Shown piece after piece: positions 1 to 12,015 of a stretch of 64,000 bases of DNA. This DNA is from Escherichia coli. Lineage in GTDB: Bacteria > Pseudomonadota > Gammaproteobacteria > Enterobacterales > Enterobacteriaceae. The notes below the pieces were generated by a model. That model did no database searches, was not told the origin of the DNA, and worked only from the letters and a program-made list of their open reading frames with translations. Position numbers and translations under genes: made by a program. Numbering within the stretch: position 1 is the first letter of the stretch; every line of letters starts with the position of its first letter. The stretch is taken from NCBI RefSeq assembly GCF_041886205.1, contig NZ_CP169029.1. One strand, given 5' to 3'.

Positions 1-701
1 CTCTGGTATTAACCGGGCGTTATTTCCAGGAGATTAACGGTAAGCGCGTGTTACTGGAACGGGGCGATTTTGTTTTTATTCCGTTAGGTTCGCACCATCA
101 AAGTTTTTATGAGTTTGGTGCCACGCGTATATTGAACGTTGGGATCAGTAAACGCTTTTTTGAGCAGCATTACCTGCCGTTGTTGCCTTATTGCTTTGTC
201 GCTTCGCAGGTATACCGGACCAATAACGCTTTTCTCACCTATGTGGAAACAGTGATTTCTTCATTGAATTTCCGCGAAACAGGGCTGGAAGAGTTTGTTG
301 AGATGGTTACTTTTTATGTCATTAACCGTTTACGTCATTACCGCGAAGAACAGGTGATTGATGATGTACCGCAGTGGCTGAAAAGTACGGTAGAAAAGAT
401 GCATGATAAAGAGCAGTTTAGTGAATCGGCGCTGGAGAATATGGTGACGTTGTCAGCCAAATCACAGGAATATTTGACGCGAGCGACTCAACGATATTAT
501 GGCAAAACACCAATGCAGATTATTAATGAGATCCGTATTAATTTTGCCAAAAAACAACTGGAAATGACCAACTATTCCGTGACGGATATTGCGTTTGAGG
601 CCGGTTATAGTAGCCCGAGTTTGTTTATTAAAACGTTTAAGAAATTAACGTCCTTTACGCCTAAGAGCTATCGTAAGAAATTGACTGAATTTAATCAGTA
701 A
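1..701 (+). CDS. chbR: ChbR, AraC-family regulator of the chitobiose operon; N-terminus lies upstream of the window
   Basis: ORF 48..701 translation matches the C-terminal ~217 aa of K-12 ChbR (280 aa); reading frame is open to the window edge; followed by chbF and chbG. Confidence 0.85.
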   Translation, partial: LVLTGRYFQEINGKRVLLERGDFVFIPLGSHHQSFYEFGATRILNVGISKRFFEQHYLPLLPYCFVASQVYRTNNAFLTYVETVISSLNFRETGLEEFVEMVTFYVINRLRHYREEQVIDDVPQWLKSTVEKMHDKEQFSESALENMVTLSAKSQEYLTRATQRYYGKTPMQIINEIRINFAKKQLEMTNYSVTDIAFEAGYSSPSLFIKTFKKLTSFTPKSYRKKLTEFNQ

Positions 702-805
702 GTCGTTATACCTGACAATTCACATATCTGTCCTGTTGCTGGATTATTTATGTCCGGGGGGGCAGATATGCCAGATATCAGTATTCTGTACTGAAGGGAG
801 AAATT

Positions 806-2158
806 ATGAGCCAGAAATTAAAAGTCGTCACTATTGGTGGCGGGAGCAGCTATACCCCGGAGTTACTGGAAGGATTTATTAAGCGTTATCACGAATTGCC
901 GGTCAGCGAATTATGGCTGGTGGATGTCGAAGGTGGTAAAGCGAAACTGGATATTATTTTCGATCTCTGCCAACGGATGATTGATAACGCTGGCGTCCCG
1001 ATGAAGCTTTATAAAACGCTGGATCGCCGCGAAGCATTGAAAGATGCTGATTTCGTTACTACCCAACTGCGCGTTGGCCAATTACCGGCGCGTGAACTGG
1101 ATGAACGTATTCCATTAAGTCATGGTTATCTTGGTCAGGAAACCAACGGCGCGGGCGGTTTGTTTAAAGGTCTGCGTACCATTCCGGTGATTTTTGACAT
1201 CGTAAAAGATGTCGAAGAACTTTGTCCGAATGCATGGGTGATTAACTTCACTAACCCGGCGGGAATGGTCACTGAAGCCGTTTATCGTCATACCGGATTT
1301 AAACGCTTTATCGGCGTGTGTAATATTCCGATCGGCATGAAGATGTTTATTCGCGATGTTCTGATGCTGAAAGACAGCGATGATTTATCTATCGATCTGT
1401 TCGGCCTCAACCATATGGTGTTCATTAAGGATGTGCTGGTAAATGGCAAGTCGCGCTTTGCCGAATTGCTTGATGGTGTGGCGTCAGGGCAGTTAAAAGC
1501 GTCCTCTGTAAAAAATATTTTCGATCTGCCATTTAGTGAGGGCTTAATTCGTTCGTTAAATCTGCTGCCATGTTCTTATCTGCTGTATTACTTCAAGCAG
1601 AAAGAGATGCTGGCTATTGAAATGGGCGAATACTACAAAGGCGGCGCACGAGCACAGGTAGTACAGAAAGTCGAGAAACAACTTTTTGAGCTGTATAAAA
1701 ATCCGGAGTTGAAAGTTAAGCCGAAAGAACTGGAACAGCGCGGTGGGGCTTATTACTCTGATGCAGCGTGCGAAGTGATCAACGCTATCTACAACGACAA
1801 GCAAGCTGAACATTACGTTAATATCCCGCATCATGGGCATATTGATAATATTCCGGCAGACTGGGCGGTAGAAATGACCTGTAAGCTGGGGCGCGATGGC
1901 GCGACGCCACATCCGCGCATTACGCATTTCGATGATAAAGTGATGGGGCTGATTCACACCATTAAAGGCTTCGAGATTGCTGCCAGCAACGCCGCACTTA
2001 GCGGAGAATTTAACGATGTGTTACTGGCGCTAAACCTTAGTCCGTTGGTGCATTCCGATCGCGATGCTGAGCTGCTAGCACGCGAGATGATTCTGGCGCA
2101 CGAGAAATGGCTGCCAAATTTTGCCGACTGCATCGCAGAGCTTAAAAAAGCACATTAA
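806..2158 (+). CDS. chbF: 6-phospho-beta-glucosidase (GH4 family), chitobiose operon
   Basis: 450-aa ORF; recalled match to ChbF; operon context chbR-chbF-chbG. Confidence 0.9.
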   Translation: MSQKLKVVTIGGGSSYTPELLEGFIKRYHELPVSELWLVDVEGGKAKLDIIFDLCQRMIDNAGVPMKLYKTLDRREALKDADFVTTQLRVGQLPARELDERIPLSHGYLGQETNGAGGLFKGLRTIPVIFDIVKDVEELCPNAWVINFTNPAGMVTEAVYRHTGFKRFIGVCNIPIGMKMFIRDVLMLKDSDDLSIDLFGLNHMVFIKDVLVNGKSRFAELLDGVASGQLKASSVKNIFDLPFSEGLIRSLNLLPCSYLLYYFKQKEMLAIEMGEYYKGGARAQVVQKVEKQLFELYKNPELKVKPKELEQRGGAYYSDAACEVINAIYNDKQAEHYVNIPHHGHIDNIPADWAVEMTCKLGRDGATPHPRITHFDDKVMGLIHTIKGFEIAASNAALSGEFNDVLLALNLSPLVHSDRDAELLAREMILAHEKWLPNFADCIAELKKAH

Positions 2159-2929
<771 letters not shown>

Positions 2930-2939
2930 GTGAGGATGT

Positions 2940-3131
2940 TTGCCAGATGCGGCGTGAACCTTGCATCCAGCGATTAATTCCTACAAAGGCGGCGTAACTG
3001 CGCCGCTTGAGACTGCTGACAAACGCAAAACTGCCTGATGCGCTTCGCTTATCAGGCCTACGTTTTTCCTGCAATATATTGAATTTGCACAGTTTTGTAG
3101 GCCGGATAAGGCGTTCACGCCGCATCCGGCA
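2940..3131. repeat. cluster of REP (repetitive extragenic palindromic) elements between chbG and katE
   Basis: seen in sequence: gcctgatgcgcttcgcttatcaggcctac and gtaggccggataaggcgttcacgccgcatccggca are canonical REP-type imperfect palindromes. Confidence 0.6.
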
Positions 3132-3160
3132 TAAACAAAGCGCACTATGTAAATCATTTG

Positions 3161-3184
3161 AGGCGGCGCAATTGCGCCGCCTCC
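3161..3184 (-). terminator. GC-rich hairpin just downstream of the katE stop, probable katE terminator
   Basis: perfect palindrome gaggcggcgcaattgcgccgcctc sits immediately after the katE stop. Confidence 0.4.
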
Positions 3185-3186
3185 CA

Positions 3187-5448
3187 TCAGGCAGGAATTT
3201 TGTCAATCTTAGGAATGCGTGACCACACGCGGTGTGCTGCCATCAGCGTTAGCAGTTCATCCATAAAACTACCGTCAGCGCTGTCAGCTTCCACAATCCC
3301 TTCTTCACCCTGGTCAGCGACCTTGATTGTTGCTTTAAACTTGCGCGCGTCTCCCGCCAGCGCAATCGGTTTAAGGTGTTTGTAGGCTTCCATCAGGTAG
3401 TAGTTGGCATCGCCGTTGTCAGCGATATCCGCGATATTGCCGCAAGGGACAATGACCGCATCGACCGTCAGCGAAGGTGCACCGGCAAAGGTAGCGGCTA
3501 TAGGCAACACCGTACCGTCATCCGCAGTCACTTCACCCATTCGGGAGTAGAGCAGTTTGGCATGAACGCCTTTGGCCTTCAGGGCCTTGAGAATGGCCAG
3601 AAGGTCTGCCGATCTCACTTCATCATTAAGTAAAATCGCTACCACGCGACCTTTCACATCACCGTCAGGAATGGCGTACAAACTTAAGGATGGATCCTTT
3701 TTCAGACCGTTGACGTCCGGAGGTGGGGTGATATTCAGCTGGTCGTCAGTCAGTTCGATACCGAGATTTTTCGCCACCGCCTGGGCCAGAGTGAGATCAA
3801 TATGCGCCAGCTGGTCAACAACGCGCTCACGAATATACGGACGAACGACTTTGCTTAACTCAAAACTGAAACCATCGACAATATGGCGCTGCTCGAATGG
3901 CGTCTGACTTAGCCAGAACAGACGCGGATGGGAATAATATTCGCCAAACGATGGGCTGCGCTCGCGAACTTTATTTCCTTCCACGCGTTCCTGATATGAT
4001 TCAAAACCGCCGCGTTTCGGTCCCGGCGGTGTTTCGCGCGGCCAGTTATCGTTGATCGAGTTCGGTTCGTAATTCGCCGGGTTAGTGTCGATCCCCATAC
4101 GATGCATGCCATCACGCTGGAAGTTGTGGTAAGGGCAGGTCGGACGGTTAATCGGAATCTCATGGAAATTCGGCCCACCAAGACGACTGATTTGTGTATC
4201 GGTATAGGAGAACAAACGTCCCTGCAACAGCGGATCGTTGGTGAAGTCCAGACCAGGAACAATATGACCTGGATGGAATGCTGCTTGTTCGTTTTCGGCA
4301 AAGAAGTTATCCGGATTGCGATTGAGCACCATTTTGCCGACACGCTGAACGGGCACCAGTTCTTCCGGGATCAGTTTGGTTGGATCGAGAAGATCGAAGT
4401 CGAACTTGAATTCATCTTCTTCAGGAATCAACTGGAAGCCCAGTTCGTATTCCGGAAAATCGCCTGCTTCAATGGCTTCCCACAACTCGCGGCGGTGGAA
4501 GTCCGGGTCACGTCCGGTGAGTTTTTGTGCTTCATCCCAAACGAGTGAGGCTTTACCTGCCAGTGGTTTCCAGTGGAAACGTACAAACGTTGCCTTCCCT
4601 TCGGCATTAATCAGGCGGAAGGTGTGAATACCGAAGCCTTCCATGGTGCGGTAACTGCGGGGGATGCCGCGATCCGACATCGCCCACATCACGTTGTGCA
4701 GAGTTTCAGGTTGCAGAGAAACATAATCCCAGAAAGTATCGTGGGCACTTTGCCCTTGTGGAATTGCCCAGTGCGGTTCTGGTTTTACCGCATGAACAAA
4801 ATCGGGGAATTTATGCGCATCCTGGATAAAGAAGATTGGCGTGTTATTGCCAACGAGGTCAAAAATACCCTCTTCAGTATAGAACTTGGTGGCAAAACCA
4901 CGGATATCACGCACGGTATCGGCAGAGCCAGCGCCACCCTGAACGGTAGAGAACCTAACAAATACTGGGGTGATTTTGTTCGGATCTGAGAGGAAATCCG
5001 CTTTGGTGATATCGCTTAAGCTTTTATATGGCTGGAAATAACCGTGAGCTGCTGATCCGCGTGCATGAACAATACGTTCCGGGATGCGCTCATGGTCAAA
5101 GTGGGTGATTTTCTCGCGCAGAATAAAATCTTCCAGCAGCGTTGGACCACGGTTACCGGCACGCAGTGAGTTTTGATCATCGGCGATGCGCACGCCCTGA
5201 TTAGTGGTCAGCGCATAATTTTCACTGCCTTTGCGTACGTCTTCCAGAGAATTAAGTTTTTCGTTACGTGTATCAGGGGCTTTCAGGCTCCCAGGGGCGG
5301 TAGGTTGTGCACCTGGCGGTGTTGGTTCAGCCGCTGGACGATGAGATCCGTCCTCAGGTGCCAGTGAGTCCATCCCCGGTTTCGCTTCGCTGGAATCGTG
5401 TAGTGGTGACTGGTGCTGATGTAGGTTCTTTTCGTTATGTTGCGACAT
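3187..5448 (-). CDS. katE: catalase HPII
   Basis: 753-aa ORF; recalled match to K-12 KatE including the long N-terminal extension and C-terminal flavodoxin-like domain. Confidence 0.95.
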   Translation of the reverse strand: MSQHNEKNLHQHQSPLHDSSEAKPGMDSLAPEDGSHRPAAEPTPPGAQPTAPGSLKAPDTRNEKLNSLEDVRKGSENYALTTNQGVRIADDQNSLRAGNRGPTLLEDFILREKITHFDHERIPERIVHARGSAAHGYFQPYKSLSDITKADFLSDPNKITPVFVRFSTVQGGAGSADTVRDIRGFATKFYTEEGIFDLVGNNTPIFFIQDAHKFPDFVHAVKPEPHWAIPQGQSAHDTFWDYVSLQPETLHNVMWAMSDRGIPRSYRTMEGFGIHTFRLINAEGKATFVRFHWKPLAGKASLVWDEAQKLTGRDPDFHRRELWEAIEAGDFPEYELGFQLIPEEDEFKFDFDLLDPTKLIPEELVPVQRVGKMVLNRNPDNFFAENEQAAFHPGHIVPGLDFTNDPLLQGRLFSYTDTQISRLGGPNFHEIPINRPTCPYHNFQRDGMHRMGIDTNPANYEPNSINDNWPRETPPGPKRGGFESYQERVEGNKVRERSPSFGEYYSHPRLFWLSQTPFEQRHIVDGFSFELSKVVRPYIRERVVDQLAHIDLTLAQAVAKNLGIELTDDQLNITPPPDVNGLKKDPSLSLYAIPDGDVKGRVVAILLNDEVRSADLLAILKALKAKGVHAKLLYSRMGEVTADDGTVLPIAATFAGAPSLTVDAVIVPCGNIADIADNGDANYYLMEAYKHLKPIALAGDARKFKATIKVADQGEEGIVEADSADGSFMDELLTLMAAHRVWSRIPKIDKIPA

Positions 5449-5650
5449 TGAACTCGTCTCCTTAATTTATTACTGAAAGGGCCGCTGTTTGGTCAAAAAA
5501 CTCTCTAACTATAGACCACCAGCCAGATCCCGCTTCGGAGACTATTCTGGAAACGGTGTTATGAAATACACGCAAAGCGGGACGTACAGGGGCTAAATCG
5601 GCTAAACTACAGTTTTTCTAATTTTTAATATGCGTTTAGTGAAGCCAGTA

Positions 5651-5893
5651 ATGAAGAAACCGCTCCGCCAGCAAAACCGCCAGATTATTAGCTATGTCCC
5701 ACGCACGGAACCCGCGCCGCCAGAACATGCGATAAAGATGGATTCGTTTCGTGATGTCTGGATGCTGCGTGGCAAATATGTTGCGTTTGTACTGATAGGA
5801 GAGTCATTTCTGCGCTCACCGGCGTTTACTGTGCCTGAATCTGCCCAACGTTGGGCAAATCAGATCCGCCAGGAAGGGGAAGTGACTGAGTAA
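5651..5893 (+). CDS. cedA: cell division modulator CedA
   Basis: 80-aa product from the internal Met (MKKPLRQQNRQ...) matches CedA; the ORF track adds a 7-codon upstream extension from 5630. Confidence 0.85.
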   Translation: MKKPLRQQNRQIISYVPRTEPAPPEHAIKMDSFRDVWMLRGKYVAFVLIGESFLRSPAFTVPESAQRWANQIRQEGEVTE

Positions 5894-6169
5894 GGATTAC
5901 ATACCTCCCGGTTTTGCCGGGAGTTACATGGCCTGAAATTCTGTATTTCGTTGCTACATTCATTCAAACCACCTGTAACAAAAAGCTGCCTTTGACGAGC
6001 TATTGCTATAAATAAGTGATCTTTTTTCTTTAATTGTTTATTTATTTTAAAATGGTTAAGTTTTGCTAATCATTATGAGCTATTTTTGATAGTTTATCCT
6101 GTGGCGTCGCTCTTAAACTTATATTGTAAATTACTTAGATTTAAATGAGATAATAATTTTGTTAACAAT

Positions 6170-6986
6170 ATGAGGTGGGAGATGTTTTCTACAAACTTAA
6201 TACAGAGTAATTATGGTGATTTAAATATTAAAAGTCTGGCTTTTGACTCTTTTAAAGAAAGGCTTGAGTCTACCATGGCGGCACTCACTTTCTTTATATC
6301 AACGGGTCAATGTGACTGCGATGAAATAGCAGAATCAAACTTCAATCGTATGATTGCCTATATGTCTAACATTAACTATGATGCCTCAAAGCCAGGAGCG
6401 CCAGCACTTAGTTTTGATACGTATCTGCAGGACAATGTTAAATATAGAGTGATAATTAATAATCTTTATGGCAGTGAGTTTCGGATAAGAGGTATTAATG
6501 AGAATTTTGTTGGGATGGATTTTACCTGTGAATTCCGACCCGAAAAAATGACGAATATTGATCAATATAAAAAACAGGTTGGTTATTCATTATTTAAGGA
6601 CTATATACTATGAAAAAAATTATATACATCCTGCCGGGAGCATTTTTGCTGCGATTCAAAAAAATGAGAGTCTCCTAAAGTTTCCTTCGATAATATCAAT
6701 GCTTAATATCAATCTTCTTTTTAATCCACTAAATCTTCCGGGAATGGGAAGTGGTGTGCTTGAAGATATTATGAGTATTCCAGATAGTTCACTGAGAAAA
6801 CGTCTCGGGTATGAGGTTTTAAGCTTCTCACTACAGGCACATTCATTGAGCCAGGAATGTATTGATAAGTTGGACATTTTTTTCGCTGACGATCTGTTTA
6901 AATATGAGGCAGTATGCATCGCCGCGATGGAACATTTAAAAAGTAAAGCAACGGCCCCTATACAAAACGGACCGTTGCCAGCATAA
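6170..6986 (+). pseudogene. ydjO: ydjO-like gene split into two overlapping reading frames (apparent frameshift near 6560-6615)
   Basis: ORFs 6170..6613 and 6558..6986 overlap in different frames and together span ~817 bp, close to the length I recall for K-12 ydjO; A-rich homopolymer tracts at the junction; gene and upstream region are AT-rich. Confidence 0.5.
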
Positions 6987-6989
6987 GAA

Positions 6990-8381
6990 TTAACGGTGTG
7001 CCAGTTCGGCGTCGTCTTCGCTATCCAGAATGGCTTTATCGGTTTGCTTCAGCCACTGGCTGGTCAGCGTGCCAGCTGTCATCGAGCCACTAACGTTTAG
7101 CGCCGTACGGCCCATGTCGATAAGCGGTTCAACGGAGATTAACAGCGCCACCAGGGTTACTGGCAGGCCCATCGCAGGCAGCACAATCAGTGCGGCGAAA
7201 GTTGCACCACCACCGACACCGGCAACGCCTGCGGAACTAACGGTAACAATACCGACCAGCGTCGCAATCCACATCGGGTCCAGCGGGTTAATGCCAACCG
7301 TAGGCGCAACCATCACCGCCAGCATTGCCGGATACAAACCGGCGCAGCCGTTCTGACCAATGGTCGCACCGAAAGAGGCGGCGAAACTGGCGATGGATTC
7401 AGGAACGCCCAGACGACGCGTTTGTGCTTCCACATTCAGTGGGATAGACGCAGCACTGGAACGGCTGGTAAAGGCAAACGTCAGCACAGGCCATACCTTA
7501 CGGAAGTACTTCAGCGGACTCACGCCATTAATGCCCAGCAGAATGCCATGCACTGCAAACATAATCAGCAGACCGAGGTAGGACGCGACAACGAAACTTC
7601 CCAGTTTGATGATGTCTTGCAGGTTAGAACCTGCAACCACTTTGGTCATTAGTGCCAGAACGCCGTAAGGGGTCAACTGCATGACCAGGCGAACCAGTTT
7701 CATCACCCAGCTTTGCAGGGTATCGATAGCGGTTAAGACGCGTTCACCTTTCGGCGCATCATCCTTCAGCAGTTTCAGCGCAGCTACACCGAGGAATGCG
7801 GCAAAAATTACCACGCTGATAATTGACGTCGGATTGGCTCCGGTCAGATCGGCAAACGGGTTTTTCGGGATAAAGGACAAGACCAGCTGCGGAACGCTCA
7901 GGTCAGAGACTTTACCAACATAGTTACTTTCGATGGCGTTCAGACGTGCAGTTTCTGCACCACCCTGAACCAGACCTTCAGCCGTCAAACCAAACAGGTT
8001 GGTGACCAGCACACCGACCAGCGCCGCAATCAGCGTGGTAAACAAAAGCGTACCGATGGTCAGAAAACTGATTTTGCCTAACTGAGATGCGTTATGCAGA
8101 CGGGCAACCGCGCTCAGAATAGAGGCGAAGACTAACGGCATAACGATCATTTGCAGCAGTTGAACATAGCCGTTACCAACGATGTTAAACCACTGTACAG
8201 AATCTTTAAGTACCTGGCTGTCAGAACCATAAATGGTATGCAGGGCAAGGCCAAAAACCACACCCATCACCAAACCCACCAGCACTTTTTTCGCCAGACT
8301 CCACTGTTTGTGGCGGGTCTGAGCCAGCGCAAACAGCAGTACAACGAACACCACGATGTTCGCAATTAATGGAAAGTTCAT
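6990..8381 (-). CDS. tcyP: L-cystine transporter, sodium:dicarboxylate symporter family
   Basis: 463-aa polytopic membrane ORF; recalled match to YdjN/TcyP. Confidence 0.9.
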   Translation of the reverse strand: MNFPLIANIVVFVVLLFALAQTRHKQWSLAKKVLVGLVMGVVFGLALHTIYGSDSQVLKDSVQWFNIVGNGYVQLLQMIVMPLVFASILSAVARLHNASQLGKISFLTIGTLLFTTLIAALVGVLVTNLFGLTAEGLVQGGAETARLNAIESNYVGKVSDLSVPQLVLSFIPKNPFADLTGANPTSIISVVIFAAFLGVAALKLLKDDAPKGERVLTAIDTLQSWVMKLVRLVMQLTPYGVLALMTKVVAGSNLQDIIKLGSFVVASYLGLLIMFAVHGILLGINGVSPLKYFRKVWPVLTFAFTSRSSAASIPLNVEAQTRRLGVPESIASFAASFGATIGQNGCAGLYPAMLAVMVAPTVGINPLDPMWIATLVGIVTVSSAGVAGVGGGATFAALIVLPAMGLPVTLVALLISVEPLIDMGRTALNVSGSMTAGTLTSQWLKQTDKAILDSEDDAELAHR

Positions 8382-8513
8382 CCCCGTTCTCCTGATCTTA
8401 TTATTTCTATCACTGCGTAGCAGTCATAGTGTTGGCGCAAGATTAACAGAACTGTGAGCTGGCTCTTATATTCAAATGGAATTGCTTATTCCAGAAAGGT
8501 GATTTTTGCCTTT

Positions 8514-9104
8514 TTAGTATTCAACCTGATGCTTAATAAGCCGATGAAACTGGATCTGCAAGGTATTGATCATTTGCGATGACCAACGAACAGCGCTGTT
8601 TTCGGGTAATGAATGAGGCATCCATACCGACCAGACAAATAATGCCATGCAGATAAAACGTTCCAGTTGGTTGCCCTTTTGGGGAACCAGGATAGGTAAG
8701 CGGAAACGCCAGCGGCATGGCCAGAGCAGGGGAACACCGGCGGGTGTCAGCATATCGGCAAGTATGTGGCTTAAATAACCCAGCACCATTCCTTGTAGCG
8801 CATCAGCCGGAATGAACCAGCTTTCAGGAACCTTGAGGTAAAAGGTTGCCAGCAGCGCAAATACCGCCAGCAGACTGTGGGTAAAACCACGATGCCCAAA
8901 AGCGCGGGCGATCGGTTTTGATATCCACTTTAATCGCTGCCCAAGAAACGACTTTGGGTGATCGATATCCGGTAACAAACACGTCAGGATTGCGGAAGGG
9001 ACAATATGCCACCAGTCACCCTGTGCCAGCACGGGCGTCAGCTCGGCATTTTTGGCAAATACCGCACAAGCAATAGAAAAGAGAAGGTGACCTTCCGCCG
9101 TCAT
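8514..9104 (-). CDS. ydjM: SOS-inducible inner membrane protein YdjM
   Basis: 196-aa product from MTAEGHLLFSIACAVF... matches YdjM; track ORF carries a 4-codon N-terminal extension; LexA box lies immediately upstream. Confidence 0.85.
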   Translation of the reverse strand: MTAEGHLLFSIACAVFAKNAELTPVLAQGDWWHIVPSAILTCLLPDIDHPKSFLGQRLKWISKPIARAFGHRGFTHSLLAVFALLATFYLKVPESWFIPADALQGMVLGYLSHILADMLTPAGVPLLWPCRWRFRLPILVPQKGNQLERFICMALFVWSVWMPHSLPENSAVRWSSQMINTLQIQFHRLIKHQVEY

Positions 9105-9116
9105 GATAAAACTCAC

Positions 9117-9160
9117 TAAACTGTCGATACGTACAGTATAGGATTTTTATACAGTGCAAG
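9117..9160 (-). promoter_or_regulatory. LexA operator (SOS box) region upstream of ydjM
   Basis: seen in sequence: CTGTcgatacgtACAG fits the CTGT-N8-ACAG LexA consensus, followed by a second weaker CTGT-containing element; ydjM is a known LexA-regulon member. Confidence 0.55.
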
Positions 9161-9229
9161 GAAGTGGTGACGGTGTAACTCTTTCTCTTAAATTGACGAT
9201 TAATCCGTCAGTTGAATGCAAATTCAGAT

Positions 9230-9265
9230 AAAAAACCAGGGGCAGCGTGATCACTGCCCCTGGTC
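9230..9265 (-). terminator. probable intrinsic terminator downstream of yniC
   Basis: hairpin ccaggggcag...ctgcccctgg followed by a T-run on the minus strand. Confidence 0.45.
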
Positions 9266-9266
9266 A

Positions 9267-9935
9267 TTAACCGAGAAGGTCTTTTGCGGTGAGTTCTGTC
9301 AGTGATGAGAGTTTGACGTTTGCTAATACAAAACGTGGATCATTTTGCGCTTCTGGCGCAGGAACGACGATGGAACGCATGCGGGCTGCTTTAGAGGCGA
9401 TCATGCCATTTACTGAATCTTCCAGCGCTACGCAGGTCAGTGGGTCAACGCCCAGTTTTGCTGCGCAGTCGAGATATACTTGCGGATGCGGCTTGCTGTA
9501 AGGCAGTTTTTCAGCCGAGGCGAGGGCATCGAAACTGTCGCGTAAGTCAAACATGGTCAACACTTTTTCCAGCATATGTAGTGGTGACGCGGAGGCCAGT
9601 CCCACCAATAAACCTTGTTCTTTGCATAACGCAACGGCTTCGCGCACGCCTGGTAATAATGGACGTGTCTCTTCAACCAGTGAAATGGCACGGGCAATAA
9701 CCCGTTCTACTACTTCCTGACGGCTTGGCCCATTCCACGGTTGCCGGGCGTACCAAAGATCGACCACCATATCGATGCGTAAACCTAAGGTGTCCGGCAG
9801 CTCGTTACGACGGGAGATATCCACCCCCAGGCTTGCCATCACATCCAGTTCGGCTCGATCCCATAAAGGTTCTGAGTCGATAAGTAATCCATCCATATCA
9901 AAAATTGCAGCAAGAATCTGACGCGGGGTTGACAT
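9267..9935 (-). CDS. hxpB: HAD-family sugar-phosphate phosphatase (hexitol phosphatase B)
   Basis: 222-aa ORF with N-terminal DxDG HAD motif (FDMDGLLIDSE); recalled match to YniC. Confidence 0.9.
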   Translation of the reverse strand: MSTPRQILAAIFDMDGLLIDSEPLWDRAELDVMASLGVDISRRNELPDTLGLRIDMVVDLWYARQPWNGPSRQEVVERVIARAISLVEETRPLLPGVREAVALCKEQGLLVGLASASPLHMLEKVLTMFDLRDSFDALASAEKLPYSKPHPQVYLDCAAKLGVDPLTCVALEDSVNGMIASKAARMRSIVVPAPEAQNDPRFVLANVKLSSLTELTAKDLLG

Positions 9936-10081
9936 TACAACCTCTCCTTTAGAGCATTATGTGTAAGGTATTAAGCTGTGCTTATGATTAAGCGCCTATC
10001 ATATCGCCTTTAAAGAATGGGCGAAAACAGATATCTACAGGTAAACTAAGTGAAACGACGCGTCTTAATCAAGGAGAACTC

Positions 10082-10618
10082 ATGACGTATCAACAAGCTG
10101 GACGCATTGCTGTTTTGAAAAGGATTTTGGGTTGGGTGATTTTTATACCTGCATTGATCTCTACATTGATTTCTTTGCTGAAATTTATGAATACCCGACA
10201 GGAAAACCAGGAAGGCATTAATGCGGTCATGCTCGACTTTACTCATGTCATGATCGATATGATGCAGGCGAATACGCCTTTTTTGAATCTGTTCTGGTAT
10301 AACTCCCCGACGCCCAATTTTAATGGTGGCGTGAACGTTATGTTCTGGGTGATTTTCATCCTGATTTTTGTCGGACTGGCGTTCCAGGATTCCGGTGCCC
10401 GGATGAGTCGCCAGGCGCGCTTCTTGCGGGAAGGTGTTGAAGATCAACTCATTCTGGAAAAAGCCAAAGGGGAAGAGGGGCTAACGCGTGAACAAATTGA
10501 GTCCCGTATTGTTGTTCCGCACCATACTATTTTCCTGCAGTTTTTCTCACTGTATATCCTGCCGGTTATTTGTATTGCTGCAGGTTATGTGTTCTTTTCT
10601 CTGCTTGGGTTTATTTAA
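10082..10618 (+). CDS. yniB: inner membrane protein YniB
   Basis: 178-aa hydrophobic ORF; recalled match and K-12 synteny. Confidence 0.85.
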   Translation: MTYQQAGRIAVLKRILGWVIFIPALISTLISLLKFMNTRQENQEGINAVMLDFTHVMIDMMQANTPFLNLFWYNSPTPNFNGGVNVMFWVIFILIFVGLAFQDSGARMSRQARFLREGVEDQLILEKAKGEEGLTREQIESRIVVPHHTIFLQFFSLYILPVICIAAGYVFFSLLGFI

Positions 10619-10621
10619 TCA

Positions 10622-10642
10622 AAAGGCCGCACAGAGCGGCCA
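10622..10642. terminator. hairpin between the convergent genes yniB and yniA
   Basis: ggccgcacagagcggcc palindrome in a 40-bp convergent intergenic gap. Confidence 0.4.
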
Positions 10643-10658
10643 TTATCTTCAACCCATA

Positions 10659-11519
10659 TCATGCTGCTAATAATCTATCCAGTGACTGCTGAGCAATAAC
10701 CAAATGCTGACCGCCAAATAACCTTGCACGATTTAACAGCGTGTAGAGTTGGTAAACCGGTTGACGTTCAAGGAAATCGGCAGGTAGCGGGGATACTGAC
10801 TGATAGCCGTCATAGATTTGTGGCGGCTGTTCAGTATGCAGCGGTAACATCGCCAGGTCGCACTCTCGGTCACCCCAGTAGCAGGCCGGGTCGAAAATGT
10901 ACGGGCCATCCGGACCCAGCGCACAGTTGCCGGACCATAAATCGCCGTGCAACAGAGAAGGCTGCGGTTGATGCGAGGCCAGACGCTGCTGAATATGCTC
11001 GACGATGGCGTCGATATTGCCGAAAGCGATCCCTTTCTCTGCTGCCAGTTCCAACTGCCAGCCAATCCGTTGTTCAGCAAAAAACGTTGACCAGCGACGT
11101 TGCCAGGTGTTGGGCTGTGGAGTTGTGGAGAGCGAGTTATCAAAATCGAGGCCAAATTGTGGTTGGTCACTCCATTGATGTAAACGCGCAATTTGCTGAC
11201 CAAGAATAAATGCGCTATGCGCTTCCAGCGGACGAGGTGGGAGATAATCCATCACCAGAAAACTGTAGTCACGGTCAGCGCCTACTGCCCAAACCTTAGG
11301 CACGGTGACGGTTTTACTACGCGACAGTAACTCCAGTTGGTCGGCTTCGGCGGTAAAACCGGGAAGCAGTTCCCTTTCATCACATTTGACGAAAAAGTCA
11401 TGTCCTGCATAGCGCAAATGCCATGCGGCATGGACTTCTCCGCCAGGCAGTTCATTACGCAGTTCGATTTCGCCTTCGCCTAACTGCTCGCTCAAAAGAC
11501 GACTGATTGCCTGCCACAT
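10659..11519 (-). CDS. yniA: fructosamine/ketosamine kinase family protein
   Basis: 286-aa ORF; recalled match to YniA. Confidence 0.85.
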   Translation of the reverse strand: MWQAISRLLSEQLGEGEIELRNELPGGEVHAAWHLRYAGHDFFVKCDERELLPGFTAEADQLELLSRSKTVTVPKVWAVGADRDYSFLVMDYLPPRPLEAHSAFILGQQIARLHQWSDQPQFGLDFDNSLSTTPQPNTWQRRWSTFFAEQRIGWQLELAAEKGIAFGNIDAIVEHIQQRLASHQPQPSLLHGDLWSGNCALGPDGPYIFDPACYWGDRECDLAMLPLHTEQPPQIYDGYQSVSPLPADFLERQPVYQLYTLLNRARLFGGQHLVIAQQSLDRLLAA

Positions 11520-11624
11520 GATGTCTCTCCCATGTTGTCTGCCAGATCATAAGGTTAGCGCAAGAATGCGGTGTAAAAACACGAGCTAACGCACACCACA
11601 GACTGATTATTGCCCAAAAACCAT

Positions 11625-11915
11625 TTATTTTCTGTTGCTATTCCATTCCTCCCAGGTCGTGATGGTGATTTCAGGATCTTTGCCGGTTGCACTTTGGGTA
11701 AGCCCCGAAACCAGTTCTCTAATTTCTTCTTCACTTTGGGTACTGATAAGTCCAAAAGTGTTAGTCCCCAGCTCTTGGATATTTCCCTCATCATCCGTCA
11801 TGGTGAGCAAAAAACCGTCGCGAGTCAGGTAATTATTCAACTCGTTAATTTCAGTCAATGTATCCTCATGCAACATGACGGTTATGACATAACGGACAAG
11901 ATCGCCACTGGCCAT
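11625..11915 (-). CDS. ydiZ: uncharacterised protein YdiZ
   Basis: 96-aa ORF at the syntenic position between yniA and pfkB. Confidence 0.8.
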   Translation of the reverse strand: MASGDLVRYVITVMLHEDTLTEINELNNYLTRDGFLLTMTDDEGNIQELGTNTFGLISTQSEEEIRELVSGLTQSATGKDPEITITTWEEWNSNRK

Positions 11916-12015
11916 AGTTCACCCCTTTGTTATCACATGACTTTTGAGCATAGTCGGAGAAACGCGTTGCCGACAGGTTGGTGGTGATTCCCCCAATGCT
12001 GGGGGAATGTTTTTG

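Noticed and set aside
3376..5367. Multiple 60–150-aa ORFs on the + strand across 3.3–5.4 kb
   Set aside because: All lie antisense or out of frame inside katE, which is a strongly supported 753-aa gene.
5894..6169. AT-rich ~270-bp region upstream of ydjO, considered as a possible mobile-element remnant or repeat
   Set aside because: No inverted or direct repeats or integrase remnants recognised; better explained as an AT-rich promoter region of a horizontally acquired gene.
10724..11209. Overlapping 161-aa (+) and 156-aa (-) ORFs inside yniA
   Set aside because: Alternate-frame and antisense ORFs within the yniA coding region; yniA itself accounts for the locus.
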